Shown: positions 1-13,624, counted from the first letter of the stretch. The stretch: DNA of 64,000 nt from the human T2T-CHM13v2.0 reference genome, Homo sapiens (GCF_009914755.1 NC_060935.1); one strand, 5' to 3'. Translations and numbers: made by a program. The notes: a model not told the origin generated them from the letters alone.

Positions 1-407
1 TCCTTTCTATGTTTCATGTTCCAAAAAGATGGACCTCCATCAGAGTTAGACTCCTGGTCCCGGCCTCTCTCTGCCTACCTGCACTTTCTCTAGGAGGGAA
101 GTAAATTTTTGATTTGGAACTGCACTGTATGTGGCTTAGCCCCTTTTAGGATCTTCTTGGCATCTGACTGCCTGGAAGGAACATGCATTTTGATCTGCTG
201 TCTGGTCATGAATAGGTATATTGGAGTAGGCCCTGCCCCTATATAGGCACAAGATTAGGCCTGTGATTTTCCAGTTTTGTCCTTGACTGGGTAGGTAAGA
301 TGACTCCTTGGGAATATATTAATAAGGCCATTTTTGCCACACACATAAGCTACTTATTTCAATCTAAGATACTTGTGTGGCATGTAATTTATAAAAGATC
401 AGTATCC

Positions 408-825
408 TCTATTAAGAGATTGCTATAACTTTAACTGATAAATCTTAAAATCTCCGTAGCATAACATGATAGCAACTAATTTCTTGCTCATGCAAATTCC
501 AGTCTCTGCTTGGGAAGGCTTCCCTTAACTCAGTAATACTCCAGGTTGCAGAAGGCTCTGCTATCTTTTATACTTGGCTTCCAAGATCTCCCTAATCTAT
601 AGTAGCTAACTAGCAGATGGGAGAAGAGAAAGGGTAGCAGATCACAGAGGAGGCTTTTCTTGGACAGGCCTGAAAGTTGGCATGCCTCACTTCTTCTCAC
701 ATTCCATTATCAGAAGCTAGTCACAAAACCTCACCTAGCTGCCAAGGAGGATGGAAACAGTCTAGTTTCATGCCCAGAAGGGAAGAGGAATAGGTTTGAT
801 GAACAGTTAGCCAGTCTCTACTACA
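408..825 (-). mobile_element. MaLR solo LTR, MLT1K/L-like
   Basis: Ends ...gaagaggaataggtttgatgaacagttagccagtctctactaca, typical of reversed MLT1K; flanked by 5-bp TSD TATCC (403-407, 826-830). Confidence 0.8.
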
Positions 826-1079
826 TATCCAGAATATATAAAGAAATCCTTACAGATAAATAAGAAAAAGCCAACAACAACCTAACAAAAAGTAGGTAAA
901 GGACAAGAATAGGCATTTCACATGAAACGCAAATAGCCAACAAATATATCCAGAGATGTTAACTCCATTAGTATACAGAGAAATGGAAATTAAAGCCACA
1001 TTGAGATGTCATTTTATAACCAATAGATTGGCAAGATGTAAAGACTCTTATAATGTCAATCATTGGCCAGGATGCTCAG

Positions 1080-1426
1080 TGTAGCCGATACTACCAGTGC
1101 CTGGCCATCTTCTTTGGCTTACCCTAGATGTCTCCTGCCATCGGCATTCATGTGCAGGCTTACAGGAACAATCCTCATCCAACAAGGGATAGGATATGGT
1201 GATTAAACATGCCAGCTTCCTTAAAGGATTCCCAGAGAGAACGAGCCTCAATTGGCTATACATAGTATTAATCATCCATATAACTTTTCCTATAACCTGT
1301 ATGGACTTTCCTCTCTTCTTTAGCTCTACTGTCCACAGTGCTTTCTGAGTTCACCCTCCAGAAAAACCTGTTTGGACCCAAATTCTTGTCTCTGGATCTG
1401 CACTTGGGGGAAGACAAACTAAGACT
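1080..1426 (+). mobile_element. ERVL solo LTR, LTR16 family
   Basis: Starts tgtagccgatactaccagtgcc; ends caaattcttgtctctggatctgcacttgggggaagacaaactaagac, matching recalled LTR16 termini. Confidence 0.7.
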
Positions 1427-1969
1427 GCATAACAGGAATCCTTGCTCTTCTCACTGCTGATGGGAGTGTAAATCTGTAGAAAACTTTTTTTAAAAAAAAA
1501 AAAAAAAACGATTTGTTATTACTTAGTGAACTTGAAAAAACTAGCTCAGAAATTTTATTCTACGTATATTCCCAAGAGAATTTTTGCACTAATATACCAG
1601 AAAACATGTATAAGTTTTCACAACAGCATTATTTGTACTAGCAAAAATCATACAGTGAACTACATAGCAGGTATCATGCTAGGATTCTAGATATAACAAT
1701 GAGTTTGGGGGATTTCTAAATGTTTAGAAATCCAACCTGAAATTCAACCCTTTGCCTCCATACAGAAGACTTCATTTTTTTTATTCACCCATTTCTTCAT
1801 TCCCTCAACAAATGCTGGGTGTTTTCTGGGAGCCAGGGAGCTCTGTAGGTGAATAAATCAAAGGCTCCTCCAGGAACCCAGAATCTAGTAATGGTCAGAT
1901 GGAGAGCAGTGGATAAACTAACCAGGCTGAGTGCTGGCGTAAGGTCAGACATGGGAGTTGTGCAATTTG

Positions 1970-2190
1970 GAGTTTAGGAGTGAAAATTCTGCATCAAATA
2001 GATTTAGGTTTGAACTCATCTCAGCATCTCCTTGGTAATTTTGTCTCCTTGAGTGCAATCTTAGCCTCTCTGAGCAGCACTTTCCTATGAAACGTGTTAA
2101 CAGTCGTACAACATAAGGACTAGGCAGCTAATGAATATAAGTCCTTAGCATGGGCTTAAACATTGTACACATTTAATAAATGCTGACTAC
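1970..2190 (+). mobile_element. MIR SINE
   Basis: ggtttgaactc...ttagcctctctgagc...tttaataaatgct core and tail. Confidence 0.65.
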
Positions 2191-4489
2191 TGCTGGGGAA
2201 CAGGCCAAGACAGTGATGAGGGGGAATTGTCAGGGGAATGAAGAAAGGCCTTAACAACATACACCTCCCAAAATGATGGCTATTCAAGGACATAAGTGAG
2301 TAAAATTGGGAATGAGAGCTCAACTTCCTAATAATTAGACTTTGGGATTGTTAAGATTATTAGTTGGTTTGGGGAAAATAACTCTCAAGATGTGAAGTTT
2401 TAATAAACTTATGGTATTTTTTCTATCATAAGTAGCTTTTGATGACTGTTAAAAATATTAATGTCTGAAATGTTTTGCCCTTTGTATGTTAATACAATCT
2501 TCTGGGTGGAATTTTATTTTTCAATTTTTACAGTTTTTCATTGTCTATTTATTTTTCCATTTTCGTTTTGGGTGATGTTTTTTGGTTAAAAGTCTTCATG
2601 ATAATGCAGTCCCTCTTAGCACCTATATTAAACATTTACTATCTGTCTGGGTCACAGTTAGCCTGGGATTGAGCCAAATTGTGTTCTTTCCCTAGTTACC
2701 CAGACAAACTATTCATTTCAACTACTCCAGAGAAAATCAAAGTCCATCTATCACATCTTTCCATTCCCTTCTTTGGCTTTGTCAGTAATGTACACACATT
2801 AAAAATTTAGCTGGGAAACTACTTTATTTAAACCTTCTTAAGGGTGAATATTGAGAATTGCGTATAGAGTAAGATCAAGCCATGTACACAACATGGATTC
2901 AAATTGCAGCCCCACAGAATCTATCTCTATATATCTTGAAGTCACTACTGAATTGCTACCCAGTGCTGTTTTCTTAATGCTAAGAAACCTTAAGGTTTTC
3001 ATCTCTTCTCTATAGTCTGTCACCCAAACCCCTCCCCCAAAGCTTTTTCAAGTTTCTAGCATCCCACAGTCATGCTCCCATATCCAAACCTGCATGTAGC
3101 AATCTTGAAGGTTATTTGGTACATTTAATCATCTGGCTTCATCACTGCCATGAATACTGCTCGAACTGGGGTAGTTAATAAACATTTGGGGTCTTTAACT
3201 TGTTCATACTGGCCACAGTCTTTTTATTCTGAAATTTTATACTCAACATGCCGAGTGTCAGGACCTGAATTGGAGAACAAAATGAATGAGATTCTGATTC
3301 CCTCTGACATACCTGCCCAGAGGGTCTGTCTTCTGTCTTTGAAAGTCTGTTTTTGAAAGTTCTGGCTATCTCCTTTGGATACCCTGTTCTAGCCTGGTTG
3401 AGGATGCTTCAAACTCATTTAGCATATTTGCACCTTTCCTTTCTTCTTGTCTAAAATTATATCTTGCAAGCTAACACGAAGGTGACTATGTCAGAACTCC
3501 TTCCCTCTAGGAGTTAACCCTCTGGTAACAGACAAGGAAACACATGGCGATGATACCGTGCCATCAACACCATATCACAGAGTGCTGTAGAATGACAAAA
3601 GGAAAGTGTGGAGAACTTCTTAGTGGGCATGATGCCCAAAATGTCTTTTGTATGACAAATGAGCTTACAAAGAGAAGCCAGGTCATTGGGAAAAGCCATG
3701 GCAGCCCTCCCCTCCTCCATGAGAAATATCCTGGCATTCATTCTCTGGGTGTTACCTAATTCAGTGCACGCTCACCCTCAGAGTTTTGTCAGCTAGAACC
3801 TCAGTTTCCAAGGTGTTGACAAGCTACTAAAAACAGTGAAACACGCAATAGAAATGTTTCTTTAAGTTTTACAAAACATTCCAGATGAATTTCTGGTAAT
3901 CCTGATAGTGATTGCCAATTAGTCCATGAATCACAACTATTACTCCTGGCACCCTGGCAGTGAGGATATTTCTGGGCCAGAGCTGGATAATCTCTTCAGC
4001 CCATTTGCAATAACGGAGGAGTCAAGGAACCACTGAAGTTCACTAAAGCCACAGGAGGATTACATGAACTGTTGAGGCAAATGACCCTCTGTGAATTCAG
4101 ATAGAATTGAAAGTAAGGAAGAGGTGTACATATGGTTACCAAAATATTGGTGTTGTTACTATTTGAAGTTAGATTGGAACATGTATGTGTGTGGCACAAA
4201 ATGGTATTAATACTGCACCCAAAAAGTCACCTATTACATCAGTCTTACTGAGAAATCACAGCCTACTCTACAAGGGCAGAGCCTACCCCAGTAAATCTAT
4301 TCATGGCCCAGACAGCAGATCAGAATGTATTCTTTCCTGGTGGACAGACACCAAGAAGATCCTAGAAGGGGCTAAGCCACATTCAATGCAGATTCAAATT
4401 GAAAAGTCACTCTTCCTCCCAGGATCAGAGTGGGCCAGGACTAGGAGTCTAACTCATAAGATTTGTTTGTCTACATATTTATTTATCTG

Positions 4490-4610
4490 TCATAAATGTA
4501 AAATGCTTAGACAAAGCGGCTCTTCCTTAATCTCCTTTTTATTTCCAGTGCTCAGCTCTGTGCCTGATACATAGCAGACACAAAATACTTGATTGCTGAA
4601 TTAATTAATT
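4490..4610 (+). mobile_element. L2 3' end
   Basis: tatttccagtgctcagctctgtgcctgatacatagcagacacaaaatacttgattgctgaattaattaat. Confidence 0.65.
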
Positions 4611-5039
4611 TCAGAACCTAAAATTTCCAATTCTAGAAATGTTACTATTCTACTACTTCCCCCAATTATGTTGCCTTGATGCTAGTATTTCATCCTACTC
4701 TTCATTTCTTCTTCTCACCCTACTCAGGATTCTGAATCCATCCTTCTTAGAACACTTCCTCTTCACCCTCATATAATTTATAAACCTATTAATATGTGCT
4801 TTAGTCTTAGAACAACATTAGCCTTAGAAAGTAGTGATAATGGAATTCTAATAGGAAAAAAATGAAAACAATTACTGAAAGGGCTTATAGTTTGTATCTT
4901 TGTGCTTCTTTCTGAAAAGAAAAGAGAGGGAGTTATGGGAGGCAAAAGAGGCTGGCCTTTGAGGTGTGTGAGGGGACAGAGCTCTTGGAGAGATTGGAAT
5001 ACCCATCATACTAATTACAGAGGCAGAATACCCCAGCTA

Positions 5040-5270
5040 TTGCATGCAGGGACCCTACATCCAGACTGCCTAGGTTGAAATTCTCAGTCTTCCACTTACT
5101 AGTTGTGACCCCGGGCAATTTTTTAAACTTTCTGTGACTCAGTTTCCTTACTTTTAAAATAAAGGTAATAAAAAGAATTTCACATGGTTGTGGTGAGATT
5201 AAGAATATATAAATGCTTAGATTAGCATCCAATACACAATAAGCACTATGTAGGTGACAGCTATTAATAT
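5040..5270 (+). mobile_element. MIR SINE
   Basis: cagactgcctaggttgaaa...ccacttactagttgtgaccccgggcaa...ctcagtttcctt MIR core. Confidence 0.85.
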
Positions 5271-8209
5271 CACTTAAGGGTAGTTCCCAGGAAATTTAGG
5301 GAATAAATAGAATGAATAATATGGAAATGGAACTAGGTGTAGTGTGTACAAGGAGTCACTTCAAAGACACACAAGATGTCCTAGCATGGCAAATGCTTGG
5401 CATCTATGTTCTCACTACCCTCACCTATGTCTACGATAGTCATTTCATATAAACTATGGAATTAACTCTCTCTGAGCCTAGACACAGCTTCATAATTTTA
5501 CTTTCAATACTATCCCAGGCAGCTACTTCCAATCAAAGCCAAAAAATATGATGAAAACTATTTGCTGTCCCTATTGGAGGCCAACTACAGGGTCAGTCAT
5601 TAGGGAGGTAACTATAATCTGACTTTGGGTTGGGACTCTTGGAGGCCAGGTGCAGACCAAATGGGCTACCTGGTCAAGGGGACTTTCTGTTTATAACCCA
5701 ACCCCAGTGAAGTTCCATCACTAATAAGAAATCAAATCATATTCTCAAGCAAGTAACAAGGGAAACTTCCATAAGGATTACATGACAGTGACACCAAGAC
5801 CCAAGTGCCTACTCTTGTGAATAGGCATGCATGAGTAGTTCTTGAAAACAAGAAACAGTGAAAGTGCCTAATAGGCTACATCACTTCGTTACTTAGCTCA
5901 CTTGCCAGTCCTGGGGCCAGATCTTCAAGGTTTTCTTTTCAAAAATTCTTCCCCCCTTAATGTTCTCACTTAACTGGTCTTCTCAAAAATGTCTACTTAG
6001 AGGAGAACAGACCCAGAGCAATCATGGAAATTAGGGAGGTCATTAAGATTGCTTGGGCAGATTAAATTGGGTGTGTTGGAGATTTGAACCTCTCTTTTTA
6101 GGAATAAAAGGAATACAGCTGCCTTTGTCAACCTGGACAGCCTTAGGTATTAATGTGTTCATCTGTTCTGTGTCTGCTTTTCCACATCTAGACCATATGG
6201 TAGAATAAACATATATTGTAATCAAGCTCTAAATCCAAGGACAAAAGCCCATCATCCTGAAGATTCAAGGAAACTAAATGCTCCCCAAAAGTTTCCACTT
6301 AATTCCTATCCCTGGGGTAAACTATGCATCTGGAGGCATTGACACAGGAGGGGAAATCTGACCCTAGAATCTAATGGGAAATGAGTGGTATTCTTTTTAT
6401 CCTTAAGCATTGCAATGGGCTGACTGTGCACATCATCTTACATTTCTCTTAGCTTATATATCCTTCTCACTGCTGACTCATTTTCTGAATTTATGTCCAC
6501 CAGACATCACCATGGGATCCCCCAAAGGAGCAAGGGATGAGAACTCTGCCTTCAGATGCTCCAATTTGGGAAGCTTCCAATTACCAGCTCATCCTGTCGT
6601 TCAACAACATTTGCAAGTGATCACCTCTAGAGGGAGCTAACCCCACTGTCTTATTTCTTAATGTAGTAGGCAAGGAATTGTTAAATATGGAAATTTTTCA
6701 GTATCCAAGATTTGATAAATTATTGGGCATTATTATTTGTCTCTACACTGGCCCTATAATGATGCCTGAGGGCAGTGATGTGGGAAGGCAATTCATCCAT
6801 GAAGGCAAAGGAAAAAGCTACTTGCAAAGAAGAAAGACTTGTAATTTTCCTCAGCTCATAAACACCAACTGCAGGAAAAAATAATGGCTGCATTTTGCTT
6901 TCCTAAATTGTTCTTCAAAGGGATACTGTTTTCCTCTTCAAAGTTCCCTTTTCTTAACCTTAGTATATGTAATTGCACCTTAAAAAAACATTCGCAGTTA
7001 TGGTGGTAGAAAAGGAAGGCCATAAAGAGCAAAGGGGATTGCACAGTCTGATTTGACCTTCAGAATTTATCAATCTTGTCACACTGAAGTTTCCTCTGAG
7101 ATGCAGACACTTGGGCTGGTGGGCTCTAACCAATGCAAGGCTAAGAAACAGCTATATGGAATCTGCAACTCCTAGATATTTTGTTAAGACTTGGCTGGTT
7201 CTCTGCAATATTTTCGTGTTTCACATAATACTTGGCTAAAAAGAATAGTAAATAATGAGCACCAAAAGAATCAGATAGAAAAAGTATAGCTTCAGGCTGA
7301 CAGCTGACATGCAAACCACTGTTCTCTGCAGGTAAATGGGGCGCCTAAATTACAGCCTGGGAAGGAGAGAAACAAGGAGGTGATACTGCCAGCCTGCTGC
7401 AGCTCCAAATCCCAGAGGCATCTGGGTTGATACTGTACAGCAATGCCAGAAGGAGTGCTTGGGGATGGCAGAGAGGTTCCTGGAGGCCCAAACCCTCAGT
7501 GAAAGGAACTGAGCTGTTTTACAGTTCCCAAGGCAGGATAAATACTTAGCCAGAACAGAAATAACCTCCTTTACCTCTTCCCAAACACCTCCACCCTCAA
7601 CTGTACAGGGCTTATCAGGCTGAAGACTTGGGGCCTCAGCCTATGCTAAAAAGGAATCCCTTGTGTCCTAACTAGTGAATTGAACAAGCTTAAAGGATGA
7701 CTGGGATCAGGGGATTAAAAGAAAAGAGTGGCTAAGGGACTGTATTTCACCTGCCGTCACCCTGAGGCCAAAAAAAAAAACATATTAGGAAGAAAAGACA
7801 TTGGAACCAAAGCAAATCCAAAATGGTATGTCTCAGCCCAAAAATATCTTGTGAAAACTGCAGTGACCTCTAAACAAAAACTGAAAACCATATAAGGTGA
7901 TAAGATTCTTAGCTGGGATCCTGGGAGAGTCACACTTGGATCACAACAATGACCTCCCAGCCAGGGTCCCTGCCACTAGTCACCCTTCTCTGAGTCCATC
8001 CTGCATAATGGGGGCAAAATCATCTTACAGAACTTTACCTTGATCATGTTATTATCCCTGCTCAGGAAAAGTAAGATGTGTACTTGCTGTAACTCCTAGA
8101 AAGTAAGCTCCATCTATGTAGCTGTCCTTAGTCCTCAACATAGAACTAAGCTCAGGTCAGGATATGTTCCCTTAATCTTGGACCAACAAGCCATAAGGAG
8201 GCCCAACCA

Positions 8210-8450
8210 GAGCAGTAAGAACGTGTGCTTCAGGGTCCAAGAGACTTGCTTCCAGTGCCAGCTCTGCATTTGACCACTGGCAGATTGTATTCACATTTTC
8301 CCTGTCCCATCAAATTTAATTTTCCCAGCCCCATCTGTAAAACAGCTATAATACCAAACCTCACAGTAGCTGTCATGAGAAAATGACAAAATGTGCCTAA
8401 AATGCCCAGAATTATTTAATCTGGCACTTGCTGAAAACTCATTGACAAGA
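8210..8450 (+). mobile_element. MIR SINE
   Basis: ccagctctgc...ccccatctgtaaaac...cctcacagtagctgtcatgag. Confidence 0.65.
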
Positions 8451-9256
8451 TTTTTTGCTTATTAATCATGTTTTCCAAATAGTCTGTGATTTGCTCCTTG
8501 TGCTTTGATATTTAAAAATTAATTTTTAAAAAGGAGACAATTGTATTACCTTATTAAAACTAGGGAACAGCAAAAATGTGTCTTGCAAAAACAGGCCAGA
8601 TTCTGATGAGGGAGGATAAGGCTTGGAGAAGTTCTAAGGGCAGGTTACAGCTGTATTTGTTAACTGATTTCTTTTTGTTTGCAAATTCAGTACACAAAAT
8701 CTTCCTAGCTGTCCTCTGCCTTTTCCATGGCATCCTAAACCATTCTGGGACCTCAAATGACTATAGTAGTAGCATCACTACAAGAGGGCTAAAATAGAAG
8801 GCAGGAGCCTCAACACACACAAGAGCCTACTCCACAGAAAGTTCTGATACTGAAATACCACTGTGTTGGGTCCATAGTTCTTGCTTATACAGTTCATTTT
8901 TCTTCAAACTGTCATACAATGTGACTAGGTTGACAGCATACAGCTGGTTTTACACCTTTGAAGTTCTTCATTAGAAGCCATATTTCACATGAACATAGCT
9001 TAGAGCCATATTGTGAAGATACCATGTGAGCTGTGCATGAGGCTGTGTGGAGAGCTGCCAAGCATGATATTTTGTGTTCTGTGTTTCTGCATGCTTTGTA
9101 TCCTAGAAGCTAAACTCCCATTTGGCTGTTCCAGTTTCTTCAAGGGATGAAGTTAAGTTTCCATCTTTAAAAAAAAGCAATTCATAAAGGAAATGAATTT
9201 GAAAAGGAGATTACATGGTGGTCATCATCTTGATACCCAAATTCAAATGTCTATTA

Positions 9257-9312
9257 ATCTCCAGGGCATAAAAGACACAGAAAATATCTCCAGGGTATAA
9301 TAAACACAGAAA
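9257..9312. repeat. Imperfect tandem duplication, period 29 bp, 2 copies
   Basis: atctccagggcataaaagacacagaaa / atctccagggtataataaacacagaaa. Confidence 0.8.
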
Positions 9313-10349
9313 TGATAACATCTAAAGAACAGAAGAGAGCGAGTAAACGTAGAATCAGAACAAGCGACTATTTTAAGAAAACAGAAGATGACTGATAAGT
9401 GGAAATGGTAGATTTGTTCTATTGAAAAATACCAGTATATTCTGGAAATAACAGGAGAAGAAAAAATAAAGAAGTTTCATTACTATACGTTTTCAGAAGC
9501 AAAGAAGCACAATCCAAAAGGAACTCTCCTCTTAACTTTGTATATAACATAGAACAATAAATGACTGCTGCAAAGGAACCAAAAATACAATAATTTGATA
9601 AAATGAATATTTTAGGGAGAAAGAGAGGAAACTTTCACCATTAGGAAACCAAACATCTCCTTCTGCAGCTGAAGAGACATAGTTTTCAAGTGGCGAGGGA
9701 AAATGAAAAATAACCTCATTTAACTATGTACTCATCTGTTTTGTTTTGGTTTTTTTTGCACCTCACAAACTGATCCAGTCAGCAGAAAGGACTATGGGTG
9801 TTTTTGAGCCCAGAGTCCACTACATCATAAACATAGGGCTGTTTTAAACCAACACTGTGTGGAGCTATTGCCTTAACAGAGTCTGATGGTCAAGGCCTGA
9901 AACCTGGCTCTGACTCAGACTAGGAAACAAAAACAGTAGGCTTCAGAGCATGCCATAGACAGAGAATTAAACAAAACCTGGGAGAGGGCTCAAATTTTCA
10001 GAAGGAAACCGCTTCAGCAATTTGAATCATTAGTTTACCAAAGCCTAGTAAGAGAAGAGGCTTTTAGGAAACTTCTAAATAAACTTTATAGACCCAAATT
10101 AAATAGGTTGATATTAGAACCTTGGGAAAGATTCAGAATATCCTAACCACTTACAATATTTCTGCCAACACCTTTTATTCCTCTCTTGCTCCTTCTTCTT
10201 AAATGCCTCTGATTTCTTACAACCCCAGTACTCAGTACTAAGCACTCTGGACCTTCTCCACATTATCTTATAAAAAAAGTGCATCCATTCTTTTAAATAC
10301 TTGTTTTATTTTACAGTTAGTGTCTTTTGTGTCCTCTCCTGCAGGTCTT

Positions 10350-10695
10350 TGCTTTGTCTGAGGTCACAAAGATATGCTCCCATGTTTTCTTCCAGAAGTT
10401 TTATAGTTTTAGCTTTTACATTTAGGCTCCATCTTGAATGAGGCTCCATCTTGATCCATCTTGAATTAATTTACATATATAATGAGACATAGGGGTAAAT
10501 GTTTATTTTAGCCCAGTTGCTCAAGCACCATTTGTGGAGAAGATTTTACTCACTGAATTAACTTGGCACAATTATTGAAAATCAGTTGACTCTATACATG
10601 TGGTTTTATTTCCAGACTCTATTTTGTTCTGATGATGTATGTGTTTGTTTTTATGCCAGCACCACACTGCCTTGATTACTGTGAAAGTTATAGTT
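10350..10695 (-). mobile_element. Old L1M ORF2 fragment
   Basis: gaggtcacaaagatatgctcccatgttttcttccagaagttttatagttttagc...ttatgccagcaccacactgccttgattactg; contains a local tccatcttga micro-triplication at about 10423-10465. Confidence 0.85.
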
Positions 10696-10719
10696 ATCCA
10701 CTCTTAGGTTTAACAGATT

Positions 10720-10849
10720 ACTTGATGCAGAGGCCTAAGACCTAAATTCTAATGCAAGTTTTGGCATTAACTAGCTGTGAAATTTTGAACAAGTCATCCA
10801 GTTTCTCTATTACTTAATTTATTAACCTGAAAAATAAGAGGGAGTAGAT
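10720..10849 (+). mobile_element. MIR fragment, interrupted by MER102
   Basis: cattaactagctgtgaaattttgaacaagtcatccagtttctct. Confidence 0.6.
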
Positions 10850-11145
10850 CGGGGTTGAAAATTAAAATACTTGGCAGGTAATGTAACAGAATTAATCTGG
10901 AAGGTATGATGCAATTCTACAACAGGGAGTGATGGGTATTGTATCAATGTTCATATCCAGTCTAAAGATGAAAGTTACCATCCAGACTAGCTTGCAAGAA
11001 TGCAAACTTGCTACTGCCACACCGTCTGATTTTTCCGGAGAAACCAGAAACCTGGATTTGTTATGGGAAATCTGATTTTTAAGGCATCACATAGGCCAAA
11101 TAAAACATAGAAACTCAGTCTCTGAACTGCCAGTTTGAGACCCTG
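10850..11145 (+). mobile_element. MER102 (hAT-Charlie) non-autonomous DNA transposon
   Basis: ggcaggtaatgtaa...agggagtgatggg...ctgatttttccggagaaaccagaaacctggattt...ggccaaataaaacat...ccagtttgagaccctg. Confidence 0.75.
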
Positions 11146-11397
11146 GTCTAGCAAATCTCTCAGAATGCTAATTGTTTGTTTGTTTGTTTGTTTACATAGT
11201 TACTGGGAAGAACAAACGAGGGAACATAAGAAAATGCTTGCACTGTACCTGATATAAATTCTTTTTTTCACATTAAACATTCTCTAACTTGTATCCCAAA
11301 TCTCTACCACTAGCCCTGCATTTCTTGCAAGCAAAGAGTCATTTCCTCCCTTAAATCCAACTATTAGCTCACTCTCCATTGAGTTCACAATCTGGCC

Positions 11398-12202
11398 TGT
11401 GTTGGAATCTTTCGGTTACTCCCCTTCCCAGACGCTTTCTCCACCTTTTTGCAGCTCAGTCTGTGCTCAGATACATTGAATTATGTGAACTTTATGGACA
11501 GGCTTTTTTATCCTGTGGCTTCCTGTTGTGTTTAGCCAATGTAGACATCAGCAAAAGACTAGAGGGTGAATGAAGGGTGAGATTGGTGTATTTACATTCC
11601 CAGTGCCCCACCTGCTAAGTCACAAGGCTTGACTTTGGCCTAACGCCATAGCTGTCTTCAGGCTGTTCTCTCCATAGAGCCATAGTCAGTTCAGGCTCCT
11701 ATAACAAAGAGAACTACACACTCGGTGACTTAAACAACAGAAATGTATTCCTTGCAGTTGAAGACTGAAAAGCTCATGGTCAAGGTGCTTGCCAATTTGG
11801 TTCCTGCTAAGGGCCCTCTTCTTGGTTTGCAGATGGATGCCCCTCCCTGTTGTATCCTCACATGGTAGAGAGATAGATCTTCTTTCTCTTTTCTCTTATT
11901 ATGATCACATTAATCCCATATATGAAGGCCCCACCCTCATAAACTAATTACCTTCCAAAGACCCGACCTCCAATTGCCATCACACTGGGGATCAGAGCTT
12001 CCATATATGAACTTGGGGAGACACAAACCATTCAGTCCGTAGTAGCCAACCTTTTCTTTGGGTTACATTAACCGTTTTTTCCTGTTGACCCTTCAGGCCA
12101 AGAGGCAGTTAATAGCTCTCATGTCCTTTTAAATTCTGTTCACTCACTTATAAATCATTCAATTTGAGTGTGCTATATCATCTTGAGACCCCTAAACTAG
12201 CA
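11398..12202 (+). mobile_element. ERVL LTR33-family LTR, interrupted by MLT1A
   Basis: tggcttcctgttgtgtttagccaatg...cagcaaaagactagagggtg...gtatttacattccc; 3' end aatttgagtgtgctat...gagacccctaaactagca. Confidence 0.7.
11683..12044 (-). mobile_element. MaLR solo LTR, MLT1A/MLT1A0-like
   Basis: tagtcagttcaggctcctataacaaa...acttaaacaacagaaatgtatt...gacacaaaccattcagtccgtagta; (a)gcca on both flanks. Confidence 0.85.
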
Positions 12203-13129
12203 AATCTTCCAGGATGCTAACGGTTTTTTTACATAGTTATTGTGAAGAACAAATGAGGGAACATAAGAAAATGTGTGATCATTGTCTAATACACCAGCTT
12301 CTCACCCCAGGTAGAGCCCCTCTCCTCTGTTCCCTTTCTAAACCAATGGCGCCACTATCCTGCCTATTAACGAGGCATAAAGTGATGGTCCTCTATGAGA
12401 AAGGGAGGTTCCCATAGGATCCCTCTCCCTCACTCACCCCTAAAAATGAGCAGCCAGGAAAAGGAGAAACTTGGCCTGCCAAGAGTAGAAGGATTGGTTA
12501 AGTTCAAGGTACTGAGTTGGCTACATTTTCTAGGAGTGGAGTTTCGAATTGAACTGATTTTGTGGCTGGAATTTCTCTGCCCTCTTTTCTACTAGACCTA
12601 AAAGATTAGTGTTCTGGGCTGCTCCGTGCAACCCTTCATTCTATCCTCTGTGAATATTCTCTCTTCATTCATGCCTGGAGCCACCAGCACTTTCCCCTTG
12701 CACTGGGTACACCTTAAATTGGTTTTTCGACACCATCCGTGGAAGATCTGCTATCCAGGCTGAACCTCATAAACATAGATAGCTGTTTGACTTGCTTCAG
12801 ATCTAAGCTATATATAGGCTGCTTCTGATGTCTTAAAATTTTTTCCACATGGTTCACCTTAGCTTCCTAGTTTTGCACTGGAGCTTCAAGCAGAAGCCTC
12901 TGCTAATAATAGTGTTACTGTGTTTTCTCTTGCCTCCTTTGTCATGTACCCTTGTTTCTAACCTGCCTGAGAAGCAGGAGATTAGTATGGAAAAGAGCAG
13001 AATTTGTAGACTCCTGATTATACTAATGTAAAGTCCCAATTCAACATAAATAATCAATACCAAATTCTTGGCATAAATTTTGACTCATGCCAATTCTTCA
13101 TCTCCAGTATTCACTCTACCAGATGCCCT

Positions 13130-13620
13130 TAGTTTGTTGCTTCAAAATGCCACTTATATCACTCTCCTGCTCTACATTCTTATCCCCACTCTATTCATCT
13201 CAGTTCCTGAACAAATGATGACAACTTCTGCCCCTTCCAATTCATCCTGCCCCACTCTGCCAGATTCAACTTTCTTATAGAATGCTTCCATCATATGACT
13301 CTTTATAACCTATTACTTCAAATACAAATTCAGTGGCACAGATTTTAATGATCTCCATAATATACACACCCAATCTCAATTGTCCTAGAGATCATGCATG
13401 GGAGAGAGCAGTCTTTTCGGTGCTTCATCCACATGCCATTTTTGTTTCTATCTCCAAGCTGTTCCCTTGCTGGATATGTCATATGCTCTTCCCTCCATCT
13501 ATAACTGAGCCCTGTTCAGCTCATATTCTGCCTTCTCAATTAACACTTTGCTTCTTAAATTAACCCCTACTTAACTTTTCCTATAAACTCAAATGGTACT
13601 TTTAGTATCTTCCATACAAT
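13130..13620 (+). mobile_element. L2 remnant
   Basis: Pyrimidine-rich L2-like text: ccttccaattcatcctgccccactctgccagattcaactttcttatag...catcatatgactc. Confidence 0.5.
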
Positions 13621-13624
13621 TTAA

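Larger units (their letters stand above)
365..1650 (+). mobile_element. Old L1 (L1M/L1ME-type) ORF2 3' fragment, interrupted by an MLT1 LTR (408-825) and an LTR16 (1080-1426)
   Basis: L1-like text ...ataaaagatcagtatcc / tatccagaatatataaagaaatcc...agaaatggaaattaaagccacattgagatg... resumes after 1426 as caggaatcc...ctgctgatgggagtgtaaat. Confidence 0.7.

Noticed and set aside
4185-4574. 129-aa ORF; likewise 35199-35621 (140 aa) and 38751-39086 (111 aa)
   Set aside because: No recognisable domains or coding-like composition; lengths are compatible with chance in 64 kb.
10322-10350. Splice-acceptor-like gtcttttgtgtcctctcctgcag|g
   Set aside because: Isolated motif leading into antisense L1; no supported donor or reading frame.
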